Shown here: piece after piece, positions 1-12,356 of the stretch
Position numbering within the stretch: position 1 is the first letter of the stretch
Layout of the letters: each line of letters starts with the position of its first letter
NCBI RefSeq assembly: GCF_006345805.1
Contig: NC_043012.1
Span: 18,042,001 to 18,106,000 of the forward strand
Length of the DNA stretch: 64,000 nt
From: Octopus sinensis
Taxonomy: Eukaryota
Direction: 5' to 3'
The notes under the pieces: model-generated
Database searches by the model: none
What the model saw: the letters and a program-made list of their open reading frames with translations, nothing else
Told to the model about the DNA's origin: nothing
Made by a program: the position numbers and the translations under genes

Positions 1-415
1 AATTCTTTCGAATATTGTATAGCTCAGCACATTTGATGAACCTCATCGTTTCATATGATAAGCAAGATTAAAATGCACGCGTTTTAAGTCCGTGTCAGGT
101 GACAGCTTGGAAAATTAATTAGGGAAGCTGACAATGACTGTTCTCTCGAACTCTCTATCGAGTTCCAAACGTTGAAGCTGAATTGAAATCCCAGCTTCCT
201 TAATTAAGCTATGTAAGCTTAACGTTCCTACCACGATTTTATTGTTAAATAGCGTGATTTAGATATCATATGCTCATTATATGTTGATAAGAATAGTTCA
301 TTTGATACCAGACTGTCTCTTGATCTCTCGTGGCACACAGTTTCCAGCAAAGCATTAATATAATGTATACTTGGCTGAGAAACAGTTTACTATGATACAG
401 GGACGTTTAACACAA

Positions 416-508
416 TTCTTCTTCTTCTTCTTCTTCTTCTTCTTCTTCTTCTTCTTCTTCTTCTTCTTCTTCTTCTTCTTCTTCTTCTTTTTCTTCTTCT
501 TCTTCTTT

Positions 509-540
<32 letters not shown>

Positions 541-576
541 TTCTTCTTCTTCTCCTCCTCCTCTCATTCTTCTTGC

Positions 577-646
<70 letters not shown>

Positions 647-696
647 CTTCTTCTTCTTCTTCTTCTTCTTCTTCTTCTTCTTCTACTTCTTCTTCT
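416..696. repeat. Compound trinucleotide microsatellite (CTT)n-(GTT)n-(CTT)n
   Basis: Read directly from the sequence. It produces the poly-F/S/V/L/K/T ORFs at 355-796. Confidence 0.98.
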
Positions 697-699
697 CGC

Positions 700-2840
700 T
701 ATTATCAATTTCTTTCAATTCTGTTTCCATTTCTTGCCAAGTTCTTCCTGTCACCTAGGGCAGAGAAACGCACTGTTGAAATTGGTAGCACATTAAAATA
801 AACACACTAGATTGTTCATTTATAAAGTCATGTGATAAAAAAAAGGGGGAAGAAAGAGGGAAAAAAGAAATTATTAAAAAGTAAAAATGGCAGACAAAGA
901 AAATAAAAGGGAAAAAAAGAAAGAAAATCCTCGGCGACAAGGCTCTTCTCAGTACGTTTGACGTAACAGTTAAGACAATCTTGTGCACTTCCTGTATGGA
1001 TGGTAAACCATGGATCAGGCTTAAATAATTTTCAGTTCCATTTTTAATTAGTCCAAGTGCTCCTGTAATCACAAGTATTGTAGCCGTTCCGAGACGCCAC
1101 ATCTTTTCGATTTGGATTAGCAAATCTTTATATTTTCTGAGCTTATTAAATTCTTTCGTCGTGATGTTATGGTCACATGATGTGCTGATGTTAATTAACA
1201 AACATACTTTATTCTTTTGGTCTTTCACAACGATATCTGGTTTATTTGCTTTAATGGTCCGGTCTGTACATACTGGAAAGTCCCAAAGAATCGTTAAATT
1301 TTCTCCCGCAGCATCAGGGCGGTGCTTCTACCGTCTGTTAGCATCTTTGATTTTTATAATGCCGACACATTATCCACCATAAGTATTGACCGAATCTATC
1401 ATGTCTATATTTGTACTCTATAGGTGCTAAAACCTTACAATCAGAGATTAGGTGGTCTGCTGTTTCGATCACATCATTGCAAAAACGGCACATTGTGTCT
1501 ACTCTATTTTTCATCAAATTGGCTTGATAGTTCCGGGTCAATAAGCTCTGATCTTGTGTATCCGAGAGAAAACCTTCATACTCAGCTTTCAGCATTGAGA
1601 TTTGAAGCCACTGATGCGTGTGATTCTGGTCTGCATCAGCTCGTTTGCTACGGACCACATATTTGTCATGCAGAGGATTTTGTTCTCACCTGTCTGTCAA
1701 TTTTCCAAACGAATGTCGCTTTGCTATTGATTTCACCATCCTACATCATGCTATTCCATCATGTTGTTCAGGTTGGTATTATGCATAAGCTCATTTGAAA
1801 TTATTTGCTCTCCTTTATGACAGAATAAAGCTTCTTATGTTTCTCGTAGATTTCAACGAGTTTTCGCATCCAGTGATTCTATGTTTCAAGATATTTTGCC
1901 ACTCCGATTGTGGTGAATTTTATTAGAGATTACAAATTGGATCAAGACTCGACCTCCTTGAGCTCTGGGTAGGTAAAGACGATCTGCATCTGGCTTTGTG
2001 TATCTTATTGCAAGTGAGCAGCTTACAGATTTTCTTGTCAATCGTCCTTATTTCGGCCATATGCCAGTATTGAAAGTGTAAATAACAACAGGAACTGCTA
2101 AGGAATGTATAGCTAACACCATGTTACGTGCATGTAACTCGGATTTTAGGACTGCTCTAACTCTCATGTAACATTCCTTCCTGATCGTCTCTTTCATACT
2201 TGCATGTCGAATGCCAGATCCCTCAATGACTCCGATGTATTTATTTGTTCCGGCTTGAGATCTTTTATTACTGTGTCACCATCTAACACCATTGAATGTG
2301 AGGTCTTCAACGCCCCTTCGTGGAACGCGGCTTTGGCACACTTATCAAGACCAAATTCCATCCCGTTGTCATCACTTAATGCTTTCACAGTACGTAGTAG
2401 TCCTTCAAGCTCATTAGCGTCTTTGCCATAGAGTTTTAGGTTATCCAAATAAAATAGACGAATTATATTCTTGTCGCAAGTTTTATACCCATACCCTGTC
2501 CTGTTAAATTCACTTGTAAGGGCTATTAGGGCTATCCAAAAAAGTAAAGGTGAAAGTGGGTCACTGCACTTGATATTAATTTTTTTGTGGGCAGCACCCC
2601 ATCAGTGGTATAATTGGAAATTGGTATAACACACCGAAATGTTGTGCTTCAGGAAGATTGAAATCACAGAAGAGATTTTGAAGATATTCAGCGATGTCAA
2701 GATCCATGAATGCAGTATGCTGTCAAAGGCATTTTTATAATCAATCTATGCAGGACTGAGATTTCTTCGTTTGTCATGATAGTTCTCAAGGATCATGCGA
2801 TTGATTAAGAGTTGTTTTTTGCGTCCAAATGAGCCTCGTC
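700..2840 (-). mobile_element. R4/Dong-like RLE non-LTR retrotransposon, 5'-truncated and degenerate (RT, CCHC knuckle, RLE, 3' UTR)
   Basis: Minus-strand translations give RT motifs (QLLINRMILEN..IDYKNAFDSILHSW near 2700-2830; MDNLKLYGKD..MEFGLDKCAK at 2194-2448). They also give a CCHC knuckle CRFCNDVIETADHLISDC (1338-1658) and an RLE domain CLLINISTSCDHNITTKEFNKLRKYKDL..GALG..LRRALS (755-1228). Many stops and frameshifts. Confidence 0.88.
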
Positions 2841-3440
2841 AGCACCTTTAGGATTCCAGCGCCATACCGAAATAACGTGACTGCACGCGAGATTCTGGTT
2901 AAAATTATGTTTCTGGCATTTAGCTTGGCTACCAATATTTTTCTCACTCGCCGCTGGTCCTCTCATTTTGTATTTTCCTTCCTGTCATTGTGTTTGATTC
3001 TATCTGCATCAAGTATTTCTTGGTATTTATAGCTGGATTGAGGTTGAATTGTCTTTATCAACCATATGATTTCTGCCCTGGTAAGCTTTCTTCGTCTCAT
3101 CACCACCGCAGTGCACTTTGAGAGTTCAAACTCCATCTTAATATTATTGGAATAAATCCTCACAGACTGGACTAGGCTGTCCAGTTCTGCCTCAGTTTTT
3201 GTGAATAGCTTCAGGTCGTCCATGAATAGCAAGTGGTTTAATTTTCCCTTACCTCTTCCCAGATCATACCCCAGCTTTGTTTTCTGCAGTACTTCACTCA
3301 CGTGGAGTATTCCCAGCACAAAGATTCCCCGCTGTCCATTCCATTATCCAGCGTTTCATGCTGTCCCGCATAAGAATTCTCGTATTTTCTGCTACTCCAT
3401 GTATTTCAATTCCTTTTTTTTTATTATCCAAGTGTGTGGT
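2841..3440 (-). mobile_element. Second R4/Dong-like fragment (RT motif 5 to thumb), different subfamily
   Basis: LGYDLGRGKGKLNHLLFMDDLKLFTK..KMEFELSKC (ORF 2963-3319) and RRVRKILVAKLNARN..FRYGAGIL. It duplicates the RT core already present in the 700-2840 element. Confidence 0.8.
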
Positions 3441-3449
3441 ATCATCCTC

Positions 3450-3510
3450 CTCCTCATCCCCATCATTGTCATCATCATCATTATCGTCGTCGTCATCATC
3501 ATCATCGTCG

Positions 3511-3551
<41 letters not shown>

Positions 3552-3598
3552 GTCATCATCATCATCATCATCTTCGTCATCATCATCATTATTATTAG
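3450..3598. repeat. (ATC)n/(GTC)n microsatellite
   Basis: Read directly from the sequence. Confidence 0.95.
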
Positions 3599-3599
3599 C

Positions 3600-3995
3600 A
3601 TCTTTCAATGTTACTATTTCTTCCAGACACACAGGACAGGGAAACTCAATGTATACATTGGTTGGCCATTGAAACAAATACACCACATTGTTCTTTTACA
3701 AAGTCATGTAATAGCGAAAAAGAGGAAGAAGGACAGGGAGGAATAAAAGAGAAGGATAAAAGAAAACAAGAAAAAGTAAACAAAAACAATAATGGGGAAA
3801 AAGCAAAGAAAATTCACAGGAACAATGCTCTTCTCACTACGTGGGAATTACCAGTTAAGACAATGTTTTGCACTTCCTGTATGGATAGTAAGTCAGGGAT
3901 CTTTCTTAAATAATTTTCAGTTCCTTATTTGAGATTTCCAAGTGCTCCTACAATCGTATCGTTATCGTAACCGTCTTGAGATGCCTATTCTTTTC
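3600..3995 (-). mobile_element. Third R4/Dong-like fragment (RLE C-terminus plus 3' UTR)
   Basis: The minus strand gives IVGALGNLK*GTENYLRKIPDLLSIQEVQNIVLTGNSHVVRRAL, homologous to 950-1100. The 3' UTR shares the motif aaagtcatgt with 820-835. Confidence 0.82.
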
Positions 3996-4016
3996 GAGAT
4001 TATTATTTTCTCTGGG

Positions 4017-4017
<1 letters not shown>

Positions 4018-4077
<60 letters not shown>

Positions 4078-4078
4078 A

Positions 4079-4127
<49 letters not shown>

Positions 4128-4194
4128 CATTATCATCATAATCATCGTCATCATCGTCGACGTCGTCATCATCATCATCATCATTATAATAATA

Positions 4195-4225
<31 letters not shown>

Positions 4226-4267
4226 TATTATTATTATTATTATTATTATTAATATTATTATTATTAA

Positions 4268-4307
<40 letters not shown>

Positions 4308-4343
4308 TTATTATTATTATTATTATTGTTATTATTATTGATT
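4018..4343. repeat. (ATT)n/(CAT)n/(AAT)n compound microsatellite
   Basis: Read directly from the sequence. Confidence 0.97.
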
Positions 4344-4876
4344 GAGTGAGAGAGCAGTGCATGCTATGAAAGTGACATTGGGGTAAAATATACGAAGCCC
4401 AGTATACCCATCATGACTAACCGTCTGATAAGTGTACACCAGGCACATACATTACAAATATATGTCCGAGACATGGTGATCTCATATCAAGATAAACAGC
4501 ACATGACCTTGCAGATGGGGCCCAGTTAGAATTTTCTTGTGGTCGAGTAGCCCATGCCGCTCAAAAGGTCCCTGAATAAGGATTATCTAAGGATGTTGAA
4601 CGAAACACCCATGTTTCTAAGAATTCCTTTCAACACACTGCTATGAGGCTCGCCCACTATTTCTGCTTGTGTTCAGGGACGCATATATTGTCATCCACTA
4701 AAGGACATGGTCAACTGGTTAAGGTCAAACAGCCGACAAGCAAAACTGTGGTATTGAGCAGAATATTTGCTATAGCCCATCCTTTATACCAAGACAAAGC
4801 AATGTACGTGATAACACTTCCAATCAGTTTAGATCAGAAGCCATGAGAGACACCAGCTAGTACTGCATCCGGGCAT
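4344..4876 (-). mobile_element. About 540-bp non-coding interspersed repeat embedded in (AAT)n, copy 1
   Basis: Reverse complement of 10248-10792 over nearly its whole length (shared blocks such as gtcatgtgctgtttatcttgatatgagatcaccatgtc). (ATT)n lies on both sides. Confidence 0.85.
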
Positions 4877-4923
4877 ATATTATTATTATTATTATTATTA
4901 TTGTTGTTGTTGTTGTTGTTATT

Positions 4924-4956
<33 letters not shown>

Positions 4957-4960
4957 TTTA

Positions 4961-5043
<83 letters not shown>

Positions 5044-5052
5044 TATTATTAA
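4877..5052. repeat. (ATT)n microsatellite
   Basis: Read directly from the sequence. Confidence 0.95.
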
Positions 5053-5506
5053 TGTGATAGTTGTTAATTCTTTTATGTCACAGGAAAAATCTTTTGAAAC
5101 GTTTTTACGGTACTGTTCAAGAGGGAAATCACGTCTCCTTATTATGATAGAACCTATTCATTGAATATCATTTAATTTCCATCTCTATTACTGTCTAAAG
5201 AAATAAGACAGATCCAGGAAGAAGCGTTGTGTTAATAATAATTGCTATAATAGAAAATATCTCCTACGAGAAAGGCTTTCATATGTAAAAACAGATATAA
5301 GGCCTGAGAATGAAGTGTATTATATCTAATTCATATCATATCAACTGATTTATATTCTGTGATACCAAACGTAAGGAATATGAAACTGACTGCATTTTAA
5401 ACATACAGCATTGAAAAATATTTATACTCATTGATATAAAAGTACTGAGTGTTTTCCATAATTCCTTCAAGCAGAATCGCTTTATACATATTTCTAATAC
5501 ATATAC

Positions 5507-5563
<57 letters not shown>

Positions 5564-5849
5564 GCAAAAGAAATGAATGAGCATTGTCTGATTCAATCCT
5601 ATATGTTCTGTAAGGACTAATTTTTCAGCTGTCTATATGTATCACATGCGTATATATGCAATATCTAATATGTATATGCATATAATGTGTGTACACACAC
5701 ACACACACACATATTGTAGAAGAAAAGGGAGGAAGAGAATTTCGATTATCCCCACGTTATGAGATGTAATGCAAAGAATATATATAATAAAAGAAGAAAA
5801 TTCACACCATTTACATACTTTTAATATATTTTAAATGAAAGTGTATTGT

Positions 5850-6670
5850 GGTTGTCGACCGGTTTCGTTTCCGCTAATCATGACATTGAAATTATTGTGA
5901 GTTCGAATTTTCCCAAGAAATTTTTAGTCCATGCTTTTGTATGAAAATTTTTGAATGAATCAACTAGTAGAAAGGTCTAAGGGAAGTAATTGATAATAGT
6001 TATTATTCAGGCTAGATGAGATAATTGCTCATTTTGGGGGTGGAAGAAAGAAACATGCCAAACTCATGAGCTAAAGTAGAGAGGTAAAATATGCACAGTG
6101 ATGGATGTGATCCTCAATTAAAATATATACGGAGACGGAAGTTGGTTATGTGTTCATATTTAGACGTGTTCTGTATTTTTCGATAAATAAAGGTTCTGTA
6201 TGTAAACGTTATTGTACAGAAATTGTTTCTTAGCACTAGTAGATGGGGAAAACTCTGAAATTTGTTTAGAGATTCCCTGCACATCTCTCTATGTGTTCAC
6301 TCAAAGACATACCTTGGGAAACGGATCTGTTCCTTATGCAGTGTAAATTCCCATCTAAGTGACAAACTGAAGAATGTATAAATTAATTTCTGGGATGCTC
6401 AAGGGAAGATGGTCTTAATTGTGAACTTCTTAAATTGTTAAAATTGGAATTTCAAGCCGTTCAGTAAGTCTGGGCGTGTTCCACAGTTTGAACGACCATA
6501 TTTATTGACCATTGGTTTCGTGAGTGTAGTGTGTATCTTTGCATTTGTTAGAAGTCTTTTCAGGGATTTGGGTTGCTTTTTACATTTGATGACTGTATGT
6601 GTGTTAAGAATGTAGTTCATTTTTAAATCCCTCTTGAGAATTGGTAGCTTTTCTACAATGGGATGCCACC
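5850..6670 (-). mobile_element. Penelope-like element 3' fragment (linker, GIY-YIG C-terminal part, 3' UTR with hammerhead relic)
   Basis: KLPILKRDLKMNYILNTHTVIKCKKQPKSLKRLLTNAK..KYGRSNCGTRPDLL and LSEHIERCAGNL..FRVFPIY..EPLFIEKYRTRLN* match the PLE linker and endonuclease C-terminus. A degenerate hammerhead lies at 5853-5885. Confidence 0.75.
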
Positions 6671-6719
6671 AAAACCTATCGGTTCCTCTGCTGGCGTTGA
6701 CGAATCATAATATACAGAA

Positions 6720-8330
6720 GAGAAAATAATGAAATATCTTGATGGAATGAGCGGAAAACGAGACAGAAACTGGTTGCCTTGGGGTCAGTAGCCAAGTATT
6801 CGTGGTAGACTATAAAGAAACATTTCAATCGATCAGGGCCTCAGCAAGCCATCTTTATTATCTTCCCTCCCTAGGATGTATCACATGCGTTTTTGTACCT
6901 AGATCAGTTTAGGATTGCGTCCATTTGCAACAACCTATTTGGTAACAGCTCGATCAAAATTTTGTAATCGGAATTAAACAGAATTATGATCCAAAAAGTA
7001 TCAATATGATGCCTGTTGCTCCGGTTATTGCTCTGTAGCGATCCGCTCTTCGATTCACAGAAATGGGATTTTTTCCGTTCTGCTGCCAGTTCCAGTGGAT
7101 ATCTGTCAAGAATTCTCCAAACAAATTTGACAACAAAAATGATGCTTATAGAGCAGACCCACCAATCCGGCAGTTTGTCCGGCTGCTATGCAAACATCCA
7201 TCGTTTTCCCTGCTCCTGTGGCCTTTCGCAACTTTCTGCCTTTCTTTCAGAGAGTCGGACCAGGCCGTCCACTTATACACTGAAATACTTTCTGCGTTCA
7301 GACCTGCCTCCTGTCCCGAATTGTCAATCAAAATGCTACGAATAACTACTCACATCTCCTTGGAGTCGAGTAACATTATGATCTAACTACGACCAAATTG
7401 TGGCTTTGTTACAATGTTGCACCTCTGCGTACGGGCCTATTGAATTGCATTCTTCTTCCCCTAGTTGGCTAGATTAGGCGGCGTAGCTCTGACGACGCAG
7501 CGTTCATGATCCGCATTAAATAATTAGTCAATTGCCAGTTTAGTTCTGAGTACGTTGATTGAAGGTATTTTCTTATTTTCCTCTAACACTGTAACCTGAA
7601 TAAAACTTATTAATTCTCACCTAATCATCTTTTTCATGGCGATGCACCATTTTTTTTCGACAATCGTGAAAATCTGTTTCCTTAATTTACTAATTTGCTC
7701 ACTTAAACTTGGTGTGCTGTCATCGATGAATTCGTCTTCCACTAACCTCATTTTTGCCGACGACGCTTTTGTATGCCAACCGTAACAAATTTCTACACCG
7801 GCCTGTAGAATAATCTATTTAGATACGATGTGGATGGTCGGTGGTTGTTTGTCCATTTTTACATTAGCATATTTGGAGAGACGATACCTGTCAGACTCTT
7901 TGAAATGTCGAGGTAGGTTGGCGAGGATATTTAGCCCTCCTCTCTTAACATCAATCACGCATCTAAGTGATCTTAACGAGCATCCAATATCAGGTCCTAG
8001 TCCCTCACTTACACTAAAGTGAAGGACACTTGGAGGAAAACGACTAGAGGTTTGAAGGGATTTGGTTCGCTCCCACGTATAGGTGACTTTAAAATATTCC
8101 TTCAGAAACCCCCACTTTCCCCAACTGCTCATGTCCCCGACCACCAAATTCACTGATATAGTTCTAATCATGAGATTCAGGTCATCCCGAAACAACTTTG
8201 GCACTCTACCTTCATTCCACTCTATTTTATATGTCAAACACAAAAAAGTTCCAATGCGTGTTTTATTTCAAGATTTGATTAAAGGGATATTTGGTTGCTA
8301 TTCCTAGCCATCGAGTTGAAATGTGCTTTT
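6720..8330 (-). mobile_element. L1/Tx1-like LINE ORF2 relic (APE endonuclease, linker, start of RT)
   Basis: Minus-strand motifs occur in the expected order: RD*DLILDAR and SDRYRL..SYLNRLF (APE), G*WKTNSS, CVVRA..GKKNA (linker), IILFNSDYKILIELLPNRLLQ (RT). Heavily frameshifted. Confidence 0.65.
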
Positions 8331-10247
8331 GTTTCTAAAATGTGATAAAGATGCTACTTAGAGAGAAACGAGCATACGAAATGTAACATGCTTTAACCCA
8401 TTCTCTACACGAAGATCAGTTTAAAGATTAACCAAATCTTTGATATCATTGTCACACACAATTATTGTCATTGACTAATTAAACATTTAAAACAAATATT
8501 TCAATGAAACGAAAAATACTAAACCCAAATGGATTTGAAATGAAAAGCCTCGAAAGTGAAAACAAAAGCAGAACAAAATTACAAATAGAAATGACGTTAA
8601 ATAGAATTCGGATAATTTTCCGTGTCTTTGCACTTTTTTGTATGTTCGGGTCAGTGTGCATTTGTGTGTGTACATATTGGTGTGTCTAGCTATGTGGGTT
8701 TATGTATGTGTGTGTGAGTGTGTATTCGTCTGTGTTTTTCTAATCAATAAAAGATATTTTCACAGACGTAAACTTGGTTAAAACTGATTTACTTCTCATT
8801 CATTGTAAATACAAAATGTAGAATGACGAGGAGTAAGAAGTATGTTGTTGCTGAAAGAATAATAAGAAAACAACACATTTCTAAATATTAATCGGAGACA
8901 TTATGACTCACTACTTAACTATTACCTTCAGGAAAGTCATGAAATTCCTAATATCCGATTGGTGAGACGAAAAACAATTTCTCAATATTACTTCATGCAG
9001 TGTATTTAGTGCAAGACATTTTGCGTTGTTGATTCGTGTATGTATTATACCCAAGATGAACATTTGACTCTAGAAAGAGAAACAAACAGCACGTTGTGTT
9101 ATCGATGATTATGGCGTCTGCTTATTTCTAAAACCAAAGGTAAATATTCACAGCCAATATTTCAGTAAATAGTTACATATTCACTACTCCAGGCAATATC
9201 TCCAGTACGAAACCCCTCCACCATCACCACCACCATGATCATCATCACCTTCACCACCATCAAGACAAGAGCACATCACTACTACCACTAACGCCCACAC
9301 CAGCAAAAATAGACAATCCAAACTGAAAAACAACTGAAATAGCGAATTGCTATATCGTCAAACGGTCTGCCTGAAAAAGCAGTTAACTTGCATACAACAC
9401 CATTCTGTTTCCATTGATTTAGTAGGAAACTCTGTATCATGCCAGTGTGAATAGGCAAAAAGATGGGATTTTTATGATGGAAGGACTGTAGTCATACTGC
9501 TACATCTTCTGGGCGATTATGGGCGACACAAGAACTAGGAGCAATACTACTACAATCAATACTTCTACACATTTATTCTTTCACATAAATATATCCCCAG
9601 TCAAACTTTTCTTGTTTAAGAGTTATGCGCGCCGATTGTATCGAGGGCACAACAGCAGGATTTCCATACGGCAAACATCACATCTCATAATTAACTGTCT
9701 TAATCTTGGAACAAGAAACAAAGAAAATATGTTCTAGTTAGCAAGTGAGTCTCTCTAAGGTCACAAGGCCTCGTAACTCTAACAAAATCTCCGTCAAATA
9801 TATATTTATTCCCTCCGAAAAATTACCATTACACATGAAAATGCTGTACTAGATACACGCTTTGTCGAAATACTCTCTGCATGTACAGTTGCCCAACGGC
9901 AACTTCAATAACAGGAACAAGAAAAATAACAACAATAAGAACAACGATAACAACAACAGACAACAACGACGATGACGATAGCAACAACAACATCACGATT
10001 GTAGCCATCGTGTTAACGAGAAAGGACATTTTACTTCTTTACTTCGTTACGACACTTGGCCTGTGATTTTCTAGTGAAAACAACCAAGGGTCTTTTAAAA
10101 TGCGTACACCTGTATGAAATCGGATCATATAACTAATGCAGTCCTAAAAGATTGCCAATTTTTTGAAACTGAGGAAGATACACGAGATATCGAAATACCA
10201 CTTGATAACATTGGCAGTCTTCTAATTTTGCTAATAATAATACTATC

Positions 10248-10792
10248 ATGAAGTACCAGGCAATGGCTCTCGTGCCTTCTGATATTAACTGATTGGAAGT
10301 GTCATCATGTACATTGTTTTATCTCGGTATAAAAGAGGGGCAACAGCAAATATTCTGCTCAATACCACAGATATGGTTGTTAGTTGTTTGACCGTAACCA
10401 GTTGAGCATGTCCCTTAGTGGCTGACGATATGTGCATCTCTGATCACAAGCAGAAGTAGTGGGGGCATCAAAGCCATGTGTTGAAAGGAATTCTTTGGGT
10501 TTGGATTATTCACCTTTGGAAACATAGGTATTTCGTTCATCATCCCTTATTTGGGGAACATTTGAGCGGGATGGGCTACACGGCCGGAAGACAATTCTAA
10601 CTGGGCCCCACCTGCAAGGTCATGTGCTGTTTATCTTGATATGAGATCACCATGTCGCGCACATGTGGGTGTGATGCATGTGCCTGGTGTACCCTTATCA
10701 GACGGGTAGTGATGATGGGTATACTGAGATTCATATCTTCTACCCCAGTATAATTTTGATAGCATGCATTGCTCTCTCACTCAATAATAAAG
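10248..10792 (+). mobile_element. About 540-bp non-coding interspersed repeat embedded in (AAT)n, copy 2
   Basis: Inverted homologue of 4344-4876. It is preceded by taataataat and followed by aataat. Confidence 0.85.
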
Positions 10793-10930
10793 ATGATGAT
10801 GATGATGATGATGGTGATAATAATAATAATAATAATAATATAATAATAATAATAATAATATAATAATAATAATAATAATGATAATAATAATAATAAAAAC
10901 AACAACAACAACAACAACAATAAAAATAAT
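10793..10930. repeat. (GAT)n/(AAT)n/(AAC)n microsatellite
   Basis: Read directly from the sequence. Confidence 0.95.
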
Positions 10931-10971
10931 AATATGTTTTCCCCAAGCGCAGCCATTTTATGGGAGGCAAT

Positions 10972-11115
10972 GTGTCGACTACATCGACCCCAGTGATTAA
11001 CTAGTACTTATTTTATCGATTCTAAAAGCATGAAATGCAAAGTTGACATCGGCGGAAACGTAGCGACTGGCGAAATACTGCTAAGCATTTCGCCTGGCAC
11101 GCTAAAGACACGGTT
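10972..11115 (-). mobile_element. tRNA-derived SINE fragment (same family as 38662 and the 46240 array)
   Basis: Shares atcgaccccagtg..tacttattttatcga..aaagttgac.tcggcgga and gaaatactgctaagcatttcgcc with the other copies. Confidence 0.75.
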
Positions 11116-11220
11116 TGAGCACGCTTCAATAATAATAATAATGATGATGATAATAATAACAAGAACAACAACAAACCCAACAACAACAATAATAATAATG
11201 ATAATAATATTAATAATAAA

Positions 11221-12285
11221 AGTGACAGAGACAGACTGTATGTACCAAGAAAAAGAAGGGGAAGAGGACTGATTGGATGCGAACACAACATCAGAAGAGA
11301 AATCAACGTAGCATGTTATGTAAAAAATGCCACAGAACTGCTATTATTGGAAGTAATGTCAGACTTGTTTAGGATGGAATATTGTAAAGATAAAGCACTC
11401 TACATGCACTTGAGAATGAATCAAACTGAAAATAGATAGATAAACAAAAGAATGCATGGACAATTTCCTAGGGAAGTTGAAGATAAGACAGACAGAAAAG
11501 AAAGATGTCCATTGATGACTAGAAGTGATTTATAACCGGAAACGGAGGCTCTAATCTGTACGGGCCACCAGCAAGCATTAAGAAAAAATTACGTCAACTA
11601 CAGAGTAGAGGACAAGTGAATAGAGAAAGTGATACGTGCAGAATCTGTGGACAAACTGTTTAAACCGTATTGCATATCCCCAGTCAATATACGCCACTAA
11701 CCCAGAAAGGATATAAGAGACGCTATGACAATATAGCAAGGATTGTCCATTGGACACTTTGCAACAAGTATGGACTTGAAAGCACAAAAAAGTGGTACGA
11801 ACATAAAACCAAAGGAATCATCGAAAATGGTAAAGGAAAGAACGTATGGGATTTTATGATTCAGTGCGACCATGAGATAGAGAATAGGAAACCACACTTA
11901 GTATTAATTGAGAAAGAAAGCAAACGATGCTGGATCATGGATATAGCATGCCCAGCTGACAACAACGTATGCGATAAGGAAGACAGAAAGTCGATAGATA
12001 TGACAGGTTATCTTGGGAGGTTAAGCAGTTGTCGTCGCTGAAAAAGGTGGTTGTGGTACCAATAATTGTCTGGGCCCTGGGAATAATGAGTAAAACTCTT
12101 TAGAAATGCAAGGAACAAATAAGAGTTGCAATAAGGGCGGAACTCTTGCAGAAAACATTACTGTTTTGATCCGCTCGAATACTCCGGATGGTGCTCGAAA
12201 AATATGGGGTGCCACCTTAATTCACTGGTAGTGAACTGTTGGCACCGTAGTACATCTACAACGTTAGAAGCTGTGTAACGACAAT
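11221..12285 (+). mobile_element. R4/Dong-like RLE non-LTR retrotransposon 3' part, inserted in (AAT)n
   Basis: DRLYVPRKEGGRGLIGCE-like region followed by KGYKRRYDNIARIVHWTLCNKYGL..WDFMIQCDHEIENRKPHLVLIEKESKRCWIMDIACP (RLE, PD..D motif region). (AAT)n lies on both sides. Confidence 0.9.
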
Positions 12286-12307
12286 AAATAAATAAATAAC
12301 AATAATA

Positions 12308-12355
<48 letters not shown>

Positions 12356-12356
12356 G
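12286..12356. repeat. (AAT)n microsatellite
   Basis: Read directly from the sequence. Confidence 0.97.

Noticed and set aside
355-796. Long low-complexity ORFs (poly-R/T/E/K/F/V), and likewise those at 3201-3746, 3942-4349 and 40619-41411
   Set aside because: They are translations of trinucleotide microsatellites, which lack stop codons in some frames. There is no evidence of coding.
10423-10545. CUGACGA in the 540-bp element as a hammerhead core
   Set aside because: No stem II closes onto a nearby GAAA. The next GAAA-containing candidates are 60-100 nt away and have no supporting stem I.
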